From an uncultured Bacteroidales bacterium (lineage in GTDB: Bacteria; Bacteroidota; Bacteroidia; Bacteroidales; VadinHA17), in assembly GCA_963782945.1 (NCBI GenBank), contig CAWALO010000022.1:801-64800 (forward strand): DNA of 64,000 bases, in the 5' to 3' direction. The notes under the pieces were generated by a model. It was given only the letters and a program-made list of their open reading frames with translations, was not told the DNA's origin and made no database searches. Positions 53,891 through 61,999 of this stretch are shown piece by piece (the stretch's first letter is position 1; each line of letters starts with the position of its first letter). Both the position numbers and the translations under genes were made by a program.

Positions 53891-55354
53891 TTAGATAATA
53901 TTAATGATTATCCTTTTGTACCTTGTCAATTGCGGTATCCCTTTATCTTTTACTTCACAAATAATGTGAATGTTTTGTCCCTTTGCGGCATTGGCCGGGA
54001 TTACAAATGAAGCATCCCGGTCATCTGAATTATCGATGGTAATATCTCCCGGATAAGTGTCAGCTTCACCATACTGCCACCATTTGTAACTGAGTTTATC
54101 TCCATCCGGATCAGAAGTACCCTTTGCACTTAGTTTTATTCTTTCACCGACATTTGCTGTTATGTCCGGATCATTCTGCAGAACCACCGACGGAGGATGG
54201 TTTGCATCCTCATACGATTTTACACACCAGTCGGCTCTGGCGGCAAAATCATTTTGCATGTCTTCTGTCCAGCGATAAATAGGTCTGAAATACTCAGCCA
54301 TAAGCTCTTTGTTTGCAGGATATTCCTCCCTCATAAATTTTCTGCCCCATGATGTATTGGTATACCATCTTCCTTCCGGATATTTATAATTTGCGACAGG
54401 TACAGGATCGAGCCAGGTATTGTTGCGAACGTTCACATAACGTCCTCCCCATCCACCATAGGCTGGTGATTCCGCATTCCGCAATCCGGTGTTTATAAGA
54501 TGTAAAAAAGCAGGAGAATCTCCTTCTGACCTGAAGTCTCCTGGATAAAAAGCAGTATCGCCCGAGAGGCCATGACTGCCAGGTACGTGAGCCTTGTAAA
54601 GGGAACAGAGTGCACCATGATCTTCCAGAATGTATAATCTCATCCAATCACTCTTAAAATATTCTTGTTTGTCTTCAGGCAGTATCTTGTTCCATTGATA
54701 AGCAATGGCCCAGAACTGGTCACTTATGATTGTCAGGATATTATATTTTCCCCAATGCGGCCTTATGTAGGCCTGATAGGTAGAATCCTGTTCCCAGATA
54801 AAGAAGAACCGCAGTTTCGCAGCTACTTCATCCATTTTTTCCGGATATTCTTCTTCGATAGTTTTAAGCGCCCTGGCAATAGTGTTGGTACCTCCCCATG
54901 CCAGGATCCAGACAGGATTTTTGTCTGTTTCGTCAATTAAAACTTTAACAATATGTTGCGACCCTGGTGTAATGGAATCCATTTCACCTTCAGCCTCCAC
55001 ATTTCCGAGGTAAGTGCAAGACTGGAGATATTCAGGTGTGGGGTAATTGTTGTCGTGTTTGATCAAATTAGGATAAACCTCTGAATAAGCTTTCAGGTAA
55101 GGTTGAGCCCAGTCATCTCCTGCCCAGTTGTGTCCATGACAGTGGTATTGTGAACTTGAAGTGATGATCCCCTCAATTTCAAATTCATTTGCATAAAGTA
55201 TGAACCTAACCAGTGAACATTCATCGTCAACTTCACCATCAGAAGTAACTATTATTCGAGGATTGGTGTAATTCGTAGGTATAATATCCTTATTCGAAGT
55301 AGTACAAGAAGTTAATAGTATTGTCAGAATTACAATTGAATAATATATTTTCAT
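53891..55354 (-). CDS. DUF1593 nucleoside-hydrolase-like lipoprotein with Ig-like domain, copy 6 (close paralog of copy 5)
   Basis: RIIVTSDGEVDDECS, WGGTNTIARAL, EGDSPAFL, QNDFAARADW; lipobox TSC. Confidence 0.88.
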   Translation of the reverse strand: MKIYYSIVILTILLTSCTTSNKDIIPTNYTNPRIIVTSDGEVDDECSLVRFILYANEFEIEGIITSSSQYHCHGHNWAGDDWAQPYLKAYSEVYPNLIKHDNNYPTPEYLQSCTYLGNVEAEGEMDSITPGSQHIVKVLIDETDKNPVWILAWGGTNTIARALKTIEEEYPEKMDEVAAKLRFFFIWEQDSTYQAYIRPHWGKYNILTIISDQFWAIAYQWNKILPEDKQEYFKSDWMRLYILEDHGALCSLYKAHVPGSHGLSGDTAFYPGDFRSEGDSPAFLHLINTGLRNAESPAYGGWGGRYVNVRNNTWLDPVPVANYKYPEGRWYTNTSWGRKFMREEYPANKELMAEYFRPIYRWTEDMQNDFAARADWCVKSYEDANHPPSVVLQNDPDITANVGERIKLSAKGTSDPDGDKLSYKWWQYGEADTYPGDITIDNSDDRDASFVIPANAAKGQNIHIICEVKDKGIPQLTRYKRIIINII

Positions 55355-55451
55355 TTTTAATTTCGATTTTATTGTTGCAATCTGGCACTTGTGGTTTAAG
55401 TTTTTTAAGGTTTGTAATTCATGTTAAAATCATAATGCATGATAAAAGGGG

Positions 55452-55485
55452 AAAAAAATCCGTCGATATAGCATCAACGGATTTT
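55452..55485 (-). terminator. Intrinsic terminator of the kinase-isomerase-transporter operon
   Basis: aaaatccgtcgat / atcaacggatttt stem with a T-tract on the minus strand. Confidence 0.6.
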
Positions 55486-55635
55486 AATTCACCCAAAAAT
55501 ACTACCTATCCAAAGCCTAAAATTCTTATCCGAAGAATCCCTGAATAATTCGACAGGAACATAAGTCTTTGATTTTAAGTCCATACACTAACAATTTTCA
55601 AGCTATTATTGATACCCTTGGTTCTGTGTGAATTC

Positions 55636-55840
55636 ATCCTTGCTCATAATAAAGCGATCGCGCCCCTTCATTTCAGGATTTTCCGGGTCGATGTTCATGA
55701 TTGCTAAATTGCAGAGAAACCAAAATATCAACAGAGGAAAGGGAGCCACCGATGTGGCCACCGGAGGCTCTTCCCACAACTTCTATCGTTCTCCTCCTAA
55801 CCAAAACAGCAAGCCTAACCAACTCTTTTACCTCTGTCAT
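55636..55840 (-). pseudogene. 5' stub of a third transketolase N-terminal subunit
   Basis: MTEVKEL...GGHIGGSLSSVDILVSL, frameshift, IMNIDPENPEMKGRDRFIMSK, then truncated. Confidence 0.85.
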
Positions 55841-55850
55841 TTTATACTCT

Positions 55851-56870
55851 CTAAGAATTCGACATCGTAATGAATACCAGCCCAATCAGGAACAAAACGA
55901 ACATAGCGACCAATAGTGCATTGGTTCCTTTTGGGGCTCCTTTAAATTCTTTCCACACAAGCACACCCCAAAGTATGGCCACGACAGGGGCAGCATTACT
56001 CAGGGCGTAAGCAATAGTAGATCCTTCGCCTGAAGACATGAAACTCACCACCATCCCCAACATCCAGATTGAACCACCCAGAACGCCCCATAAATGTGAT
56101 TTAAACGAACCTTTAAAATATTCACTCATCTTTACCGGAGCCCCTTGCACGGGTCGTGCCATAAAGAAAGGATTGAAAATAAACGTGCTCAAAAAAGCTC
56201 CAAGTGCAAAAAATACTGCTCCGGAATACGGAGTTAAAGTACCTGTACCACTTAACCCGAAAGCGGGGTCCATTCCGTACATGGTAATTGTATAAAACGG
56301 AGCTATAAACAATCCAGCCAAAACCGACAGGACAATACCTTTCAGGCTCGCTTTCTTTTGGTAAGCTGCCAGTCGTTTATAGGATAACATACTCATATAA
56401 ATTGCAATGATGGCCAAAGCCATTCCGGTGAAAAGCAGCCATGGATCACTGTTGCTGCTTCCTTTGGTTGCTATTTCAATGGTAAAACCAAGAATAGTAC
56501 CACCCAGCCAGGCAATTCCGCCTCCTATCGGGAATCCGACTGCCAGTCCGGCAACAGCAATGGCGGCTACAAGCAATAAATTACCAATATTCCATACAAC
56601 TCCACCCAACATACTGTATGCAATGCTCCTGGCATCGGCATATGCCAGGTCTTCCATAAATGTTCTGCCACCGGGTTCATTTCCCATACTTCCCAGCGTA
56701 AATGCAGCAATTAGTGAGAACATAAGTAAACCCAATACCACATCCCAGTAGAAAAGTTCGAATCGCCAGTTTCTGGCAGCAAGCTTTTGTGTGTTTGCCC
56801 ACGATCCCCAGCAGGTCATGGCAACCACAAAAAAGAAAACAGCTAATGTATAATTATGAACCAGTACCAT
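55851..56870 (-). CDS. GRP/DMT-superfamily sugar transporter (putative apiose uptake)
   Basis: CWGSWANTQK, RFELFYWD, GGVVWNIGN, GG.IW..G and LWGVLVWKEF motifs; about 10 hydrophobic segments. Confidence 0.82.
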   Translation of the reverse strand: MVLVHNYTLAVFFFVVAMTCWGSWANTQKLAARNWRFELFYWDVVLGLLMFSLIAAFTLGSMGNEPGGRTFMEDLAYADARSIAYSMLGGVVWNIGNLLLVAAIAVAGLAVGFPIGGGIAWLGGTILGFTIEIATKGSSNSDPWLLFTGMALAIIAIYMSMLSYKRLAAYQKKASLKGIVLSVLAGLFIAPFYTITMYGMDPAFGLSGTGTLTPYSGAVFFALGAFLSTFIFNPFFMARPVQGAPVKMSEYFKGSFKSHLWGVLGGSIWMLGMVVSFMSSGEGSTIAYALSNAAPVVAILWGVLVWKEFKGAPKGTNALLVAMFVLFLIGLVFITMSNS

Positions 56871-56881
56871 ATCGCTTTATA

Positions 56882-58297
56882 TTATTGGTGTTTATAAACT
56901 TCCCATCCCAGATAATTACCAATGGCTTCTTCGAGAATGTCGGCAACATGACCGCGAACCATACCTACATGGTGCTCGAAACCATTTTTACACATAAACT
57001 TCATGAGGGTTTGCAGATTTGGAATTTCGCAAACAGCAATTCCTCCGTCCATTCCATAAGGGTCATCAGTAATTCGTCCTTCTCCTAGGTAAGCTTTTAT
57101 TATCCCTTTTGTATCGTCGGTAGAAATGCGGAAAAAGGTCATTTTCCCCGATGCAACCTTGCCTTTAACAGCGCCGAAAGTGTCCTCCTGGCCTAAAACT
57201 GTTCCCAGGATATCGAGACTTCCGATTTCAATTTCGTTTTCAAAAAACGACTTTGGGTAGTTGCTGCAATGTGTACAAACCACTTTGTTGCGTTCTTCGC
57301 CATAATTGTTGTTCCAGTCGAGCAGAGCTGAAGGTTTACCTGCCGCCAAAGCAAGTGCATACATCCCAATTGTTCCTGCTACATCCACCTCGCAGGCCGA
57401 AGGCATCAGTTTTTCTCCCATCATACTCATTGTTACACATGCTGCACAGCCGTAATTTTTTTCAATCGACTCCCAGCATTGAAGAGCAGAAATATTGATA
57501 TTGTTCTCTTCAATCCAGCGTTCAACAGCCAGGCCAAAGCGTGCCTGTTTTGAAATTTGTCCTTCGTGAAGGATGGAGCAAGTTCCGTATTTTTTAATAG
57601 CTTCAACTTTTTCCACAACTTCTGGTGCATTGACATCGATTTTTTCGGCTGCGGCAATTATTTCCGACATATCAACCGGGACAGTTGTTATATCGGACTT
57701 TTGTAAAATTTTCTCGCTGAAACGCATAGTTTGAAAACCGATGGGGCGGGTTCCGATAGCTCCTACCCGCAGACCTTTCATACCTTTTACAACACGGCAA
57801 ATTGCGGCAAATTTGTAAATGTCGGCAGTGAATTCATGACTGTCCAGACTGTAGGTGTGGTAGGTTGTATCAGTAAATTTTATACCATATTGATACAAGT
57901 TGTTACAAACCGAAAGTTTTCCGCAGAAAGCATCGCGGCGGCTTTTTACATCCACCTTATCGTTGTCATCGTCGCAGGCCTGAACCAGTACCGGAATATT
58001 CAGACCAGCCATTTTTATAGTATTTACCACACCCAGTTCGTCTCCAAAATTGGGAAGCACAACAATGATTCCATCAATTTTGCCGGCATTCTGTTTGAAA
58101 TGACGGGCGCATTTTATAGCGTCTTCGTAGCCTTCAATGTTACCTGTTGGGGTTTCGTTTTCAGGAAGAATAATGCTTCCGAAACCCATTGAATCAAGTT
58201 TTGATAGTACTTTTTTACGTGCCTCAACTGCAAGTTTAAAGTTGAAGATGTTTCGGGTGGCGATAATAACACCAAATGATAGTTTAGTCTGATTCAT
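56882..58297 (-). CDS. L-fucose/L-arabinose isomerase family protein (putative apiose isomerase)
   Basis: NFGDE, RDAFCG, QCW, ACEVD, HCS and GFEHH motifs; substrate inferred from context. Confidence 0.8.
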   Translation of the reverse strand: MNQTKLSFGVIIATRNIFNFKLAVEARKKVLSKLDSMGFGSIILPENETPTGNIEGYEDAIKCARHFKQNAGKIDGIIVVLPNFGDELGVVNTIKMAGLNIPVLVQACDDDNDKVDVKSRRDAFCGKLSVCNNLYQYGIKFTDTTYHTYSLDSHEFTADIYKFAAICRVVKGMKGLRVGAIGTRPIGFQTMRFSEKILQKSDITTVPVDMSEIIAAAEKIDVNAPEVVEKVEAIKKYGTCSILHEGQISKQARFGLAVERWIEENNINISALQCWESIEKNYGCAACVTMSMMGEKLMPSACEVDVAGTIGMYALALAAGKPSALLDWNNNYGEERNKVVCTHCSNYPKSFFENEIEIGSLDILGTVLGQEDTFGAVKGKVASGKMTFFRISTDDTKGIIKAYLGEGRITDDPYGMDGGIAVCEIPNLQTLMKFMCKNGFEHHVGMVRGHVADILEEAIGNYLGWEVYKHQ

Positions 58298-58321
58298 GAG
58301 TATAAATGTTTTATTAGGTTT

Positions 58322-59821
58322 TTATACAGTTAATCTTACACGCTTTACAGCCCGTTTCCATCCTTCATACAGTTCCCCCACTTCGGATGGCGACATTTCG
58401 GGATGAAAAGTTTTATCAGCTTTTCGGAGCGCTTTTATTTCATCCAGATCTTTCCACAAACCACAGGCTAGTCCTGCCATAAATGATGCACCTAAAGCGG
58501 AAATCTCTTCAATATTGCTGATGACTACCTCCTTGCGAAGCATATCGCTTTGGAATTGCATCAAAAAATTATTCCGGGTTGGACCACCATCCACTCGCAT
58601 CTCCACAAATGGAATAGTGGTTTTTTCAACCATCAGGTCAGTCAGGTCTTTTATCTGATATGCAATACTTTCGAGTGCGGCACGGACAATGTGTGCTTTT
58701 TTTGTGTTTCGCGCCATGCCCGAGATAGAAGCCCTTGCTTTATTATCCCAGTAGGGTGCGCCCAGGCCAACAAAGGCAGGTACAAAATATACCTGGTTAT
58801 TATCAGCTACCGATAACGCAAGTTGTTCCGATTCAGCTGCATCTGAAATGAGTTCAGCATCGTTCACCAGCCAGTTGATTGTATCGCCGGTGCAATGAAC
58901 GTTCCCTTCAAACACATAATCAATTTTTCCGGCACGGCCATAACCAATAGAAGTAACCAACCCGGCCGGAGCTGCCAATGGCTCATTCCCAATATTCATC
59001 ATGATTGAAGAGCCTGTTCCGTAAGTTGCTTTGGCCATCCCAGACTCAAAACAATTCTGACCAAACAAAGCGGCATGTGAATCGCCAAGCAATCCGGCAA
59101 TTGCCACAGGTTCATTAAAAACAACCTCGGGTTCGGTATAGCCAAAAATCTGGTCGCTGTATTTTACTTCAGGAAACATGGAAGGATACAGATCAAACAA
59201 CCCAATAAGCTCTTTATCCCATTTCAATGTGTTTATATTGAACAGCATAGTACGGCAAGCGTTCGAATAATCGGTCGCATGTATTTTCCCGTTGGTCAGT
59301 TTCCAAAGCAACCAGCTGTCGATTGTTCCCAGCAATAAATCACCTTTTCGGGCTGATTCTTTAGCACCTTTAACATGATTTATGAGCCAACGCAGTTTAC
59401 TTGCTGAAAAATACGGATCGACTATTAATCCTGTTTTTTTCCTGATTTTTAGAGCATAACCCTGGTCATTCAAGGTTTTACAAAAATCTTTGCCGCGCTG
59501 GCATTGCCAGACTGCAGCATTGGCAATAGGCTTACCGGTATTTCGATTCCATATAAGGCTGGTTTCTCTCTGATTTGTTATTGAAATAACAACCAGATCA
59601 GAAGCGCTTTTCCCCGTGGCCCTTAACACATCCAGCATGCCGGTAACTGTATTTTCAAATATCTCCTCAGCATCATGCTCAACAAATCCATCAGCCGGAT
59701 AGGATTGACGGTGGGCCAGACTTACCCGATGAACCAAATTCGCAGATGCATCAAAAAGCATCACTTTAGTAGCCGAAGTACTTTGATCGATCGAAAGAAT
59801 GAATTGATTCTTTTTTGTCAT
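58322..59821 (-). CDS. FGGY carbohydrate kinase, glycerol-kinase-like (putative apulose kinase)
   Basis: IDQSTSATK, ITNQRET, WQCQR, DPYFSASK, GDSHAALFG, TYGTGS and VDGG motifs; departs from canonical GlpK DQGTTS and GDQQ. Confidence 0.82.
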   Translation of the reverse strand: MTKKNQFILSIDQSTSATKVMLFDASANLVHRVSLAHRQSYPADGFVEHDAEEIFENTVTGMLDVLRATGKSASDLVVISITNQRETSLIWNRNTGKPIANAAVWQCQRGKDFCKTLNDQGYALKIRKKTGLIVDPYFSASKLRWLINHVKGAKESARKGDLLLGTIDSWLLWKLTNGKIHATDYSNACRTMLFNINTLKWDKELIGLFDLYPSMFPEVKYSDQIFGYTEPEVVFNEPVAIAGLLGDSHAALFGQNCFESGMAKATYGTGSSIMMNIGNEPLAAPAGLVTSIGYGRAGKIDYVFEGNVHCTGDTINWLVNDAELISDAAESEQLALSVADNNQVYFVPAFVGLGAPYWDNKARASISGMARNTKKAHIVRAALESIAYQIKDLTDLMVEKTTIPFVEMRVDGGPTRNNFLMQFQSDMLRKEVVISNIEEISALGASFMAGLACGLWKDLDEIKALRKADKTFHPEMSPSEVGELYEGWKRAVKRVRLTV

Positions 59822-60001
59822 TATAATATATAGTAATACTAAAAAAACCTCAGTTATACTTTAATTAACCCGAAGTCTAAACATGAATGCCAGTTATCAG
59901 AGGGAAGCAGATACCTTAGATACTAACATGTACAACCAAAAACTGAAATGAAAATGCGTAGTATTATTTACAGGAAACAGAAAAAAATCTTTCAACAGAA
60001 G

Positions 60002-60029
60002 TTGAATCAGCGAGAATTCTTTAAATTTG
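60002..60029 (+). promoter_or_regulatory. Putative promoter of the AraC regulator
   Basis: TTG at 60002-60004 and TAAATTTG at 60022-60029. Confidence 0.35.
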
Positions 60030-60206
60030 CAAAGTGTAGTGTTAGACGACATTTTAATACTGCATTTTCAACAGGGAGGCGCGCCAACGTTTTCCTGTTT
60101 TTTTTCAGTTATCAAGTTAATTTCACAAAATTTCAGCCGATATCTTTTGATATTCTGAAATATTTATCCAAATTTAACCTCGTTTTTACATTAAAACCAC
60201 CTGTTT

Positions 60207-61067
60207 GTGGATATAAATATATCGAATTCCGGGATTTTAAAAACATTTAATGAAAAACGGGATGAGTTTGTCCCCTATGGTTTAACCTGCGAGATTTGGT
60301 CTCCCTGTTTAATGAGAAAGCCAGACCGGCACAATGAGATTGAAATCAATTATTCTTCTGAAAGTACAGTTACCTATCTTATTCAGGATAAAAGAATCAC
60401 TATTCCTGCTAAAAAGCTTGCAATTTTCTGGGGGTTGGTTCCACACCAGATTATAAATTTTGAGGGGACCAAGCCATATTATGTATGCACAATCCCTTTT
60501 ACTCAGTTTCTGGAATGGAAACTCCCTGATTCATTTGTTGACAGAATATTAAAGGGTGAAGTTCTCTTCGAAGCTTCTGAGAATTCTTCATCGTTCGATG
60601 AGTTCCTCTTAAATAACTGGTTTTATGACCTTAACGAAAATAATTCTTCTGAAGTTGCCTTACTTGAGATGCGTTCCCGTTTACACCGGATGGCTGTAAG
60701 TAATTTGTCCAAAAGGGAAGTTGTCCAAACCCCGATACATCTGAATGAAATAAGCCTGGTGGAACGAATAGCGATATACATTGGCCAGAATTATCATAAT
60801 CCAATAAAAGTTGCTGAAATTGGAAAAAGTGTCGGACTGCATCCCGATTATGCAAATACTCTTTTCAGAAAAGCTTTTGGTTGCACTTTAAGCGATTATA
60901 TCACTGAAGAAAGGATATCGAATGCCAAACGGAAATTAGTGGCTACCAACAAAAGCATCACAGAGATTTCCTTTGAATGCGGTTTTAATTCAATCAGTCG
61001 TTTTAATGAAGCTTTCCGGAAGTATAATAATTGTACGCCCCGTGAATTCAGAAAGACATGTAAGTGA
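60207..61067 (+). CDS. AraC-family transcriptional regulator (MelR-like)
   Basis: RHNEIEINY and FWG..PHQ sensor segment; GLHPDY..LF and SITEISFECGFNSISRFNEAFRK...TPREFR double HTH; GTG start. Confidence 0.9.
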   Translation: MDINISNSGILKTFNEKRDEFVPYGLTCEIWSPCLMRKPDRHNEIEINYSSESTVTYLIQDKRITIPAKKLAIFWGLVPHQIINFEGTKPYYVCTIPFTQFLEWKLPDSFVDRILKGEVLFEASENSSSFDEFLLNNWFYDLNENNSSEVALLEMRSRLHRMAVSNLSKREVVQTPIHLNEISLVERIAIYIGQNYHNPIKVAEIGKSVGLHPDYANTLFRKAFGCTLSDYITEERISNAKRKLVATNKSITEISFECGFNSISRFNEAFRKYNNCTPREFRKTCK

Positions 61068-61164
61068 ACTGACCCTGGATGTAATTTTTACAAAAAATCC
61101 GATTTTTCAAATTTAAAAGTTGCAACCCCCTATCAAAAAGTGTGAGTGTCAGAGCGAGAGCGAG

Positions 61165-61214
61165 GAAAAAGAGCGAGAGTGCTCGCTCCCGCTCTCACTC
61201 TCACTCTTTTTCAG
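61165..61214 (-). terminator. Hairpin/terminator directly downstream of tRNA-Leu; right copy of the island-bounding repeat
   Basis: aaaaagagcgagagtg...cactctcactcttttt inverted repeat; near-identical to 9866-9930. Confidence 0.75.
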
Positions 61215-61298
61215 TACCCGGAGCGGGACTTGAACCCGCACAGCCTTAATGGCCACAGGATTTTAAGTCCTGCGTGTCTACCATTCCACCATCCGGGC
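61215..61298 (-). tRNA. tRNA-Leu (anticodon TAA), CCA not encoded
   Basis: Reverse complement GCCCGGATGGTGGAATGGTAGACACGCAGGACTTAAAATCCTGTGGCCATTAAGGCTGTGCGGGTTCAAGTCCCGCTCCGGGTA: acceptor stem, anticodon arm CAGGA-CTTAAAA-TCCTG, long variable arm, GGTTCAAGTCC T-arm. Confidence 0.97.
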
Positions 61299-61310
61299 TC
61301 CTTTTAATAA

Positions 61311-61351
61311 GTCGTGCAAGTCATGCAGGTCTTGCAGGTCGTGCAGGTCTT
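61311..61351. repeat. 9-bp tandem repeat (about 4.5 copies) in the tRNA leader
   Basis: gtcgtgcaa gtcatgcag gtcttgcag gtcgtgcag gtctt. Confidence 0.8.
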
Positions 61352-61371
61352 ATTACTTCAGATGGTCTGTG

Positions 61372-61379
61372 CAAAATTA
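61372..61379 (-). promoter_or_regulatory. Putative -7 element of the tRNA promoter
   Basis: TAATTTTG on the minus strand about 75 nt upstream of the tRNA. Confidence 0.45.
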
Positions 61380-61383
61380 GCAA

Positions 61384-61974
61384 TTAATTCTTAACAAGCA
61401 CCGGTTTGCCAAGTCCGACCTTTTCGAGCGGACCGAGCTGCGTCGCTGCATCACCGGCTACTACAAAATACATCCTGGCAGGATCAATATACTTGGTTGC
61501 CAGTTCAAGTACCTTGTTTGTTGTTAATTCTTTAACAAATGCTTCCTCCTTCTTTATGTAATCGGCAGGAAGATCATACAATGCCATATTATTCAACATA
61601 TTAAGAAGACCGCCAAGTGTTTCAAAGCTCCTGGCATTCCCTTTAAGGAGGGCCGACTTTGTAAAGTCAACATACTCCTGAGGTATTTCCTTGCGGTACT
61701 TCTCCATCTCTGTCTTGAAAATACTGACAGACTCCAGGGTGGAATTCGTGCTTACCATTGAGGATGCCACGAAAGTTCCGTAATTCCTCGCACTGCTGAA
61801 ATTCGACCTGGCGCCATAGGTGAATCCTTTTTCTTCACGAAGAATAAGATTAAAGATCCCGTTAAAGGATCCGCCAAGCTTATAGTTAGTCACAAATGCA
61901 GGGTAATAGTCGGGATTTGTCCTTGCTATTGAAGGAGCACCGATATAAATAACCGATTGCTTGGCTCCGGGCAC
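61384..61974 (-). CDS. M16 zinc peptidase, C-terminal part (separated by a frameshift)
   Basis: LGGSFNG..NLILREEKGFTYGARS motif; the frame stays open upstream (APEKSQIYFVDVP) to the junction near 62010. Confidence 0.8.
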   Translation of the reverse strand: MPGAKQSVIYIGAPSIARTNPDYYPAFVTNYKLGGSFNGIFNLILREEKGFTYGARSNFSSARNYGTFVASSMVSTNSTLESVSIFKTEMEKYRKEIPQEYVDFTKSALLKGNARSFETLGGLLNMLNNMALYDLPADYIKKEEAFVKELTTNKVLELATKYIDPARMYFVVAGDAATQLGPLEKVGLGKPVLVKN

Positions 61975-61999
61975 ATCGACAAAATAGATCTGCGACTTT

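Noticed and set aside
58322-59821. Calling the kinase glpK
   Set aside because: Motif changes (DQSTS, GDSH), no glpD/glpF neighbours, and linkage to an isomerase and transketolase favour another substrate.
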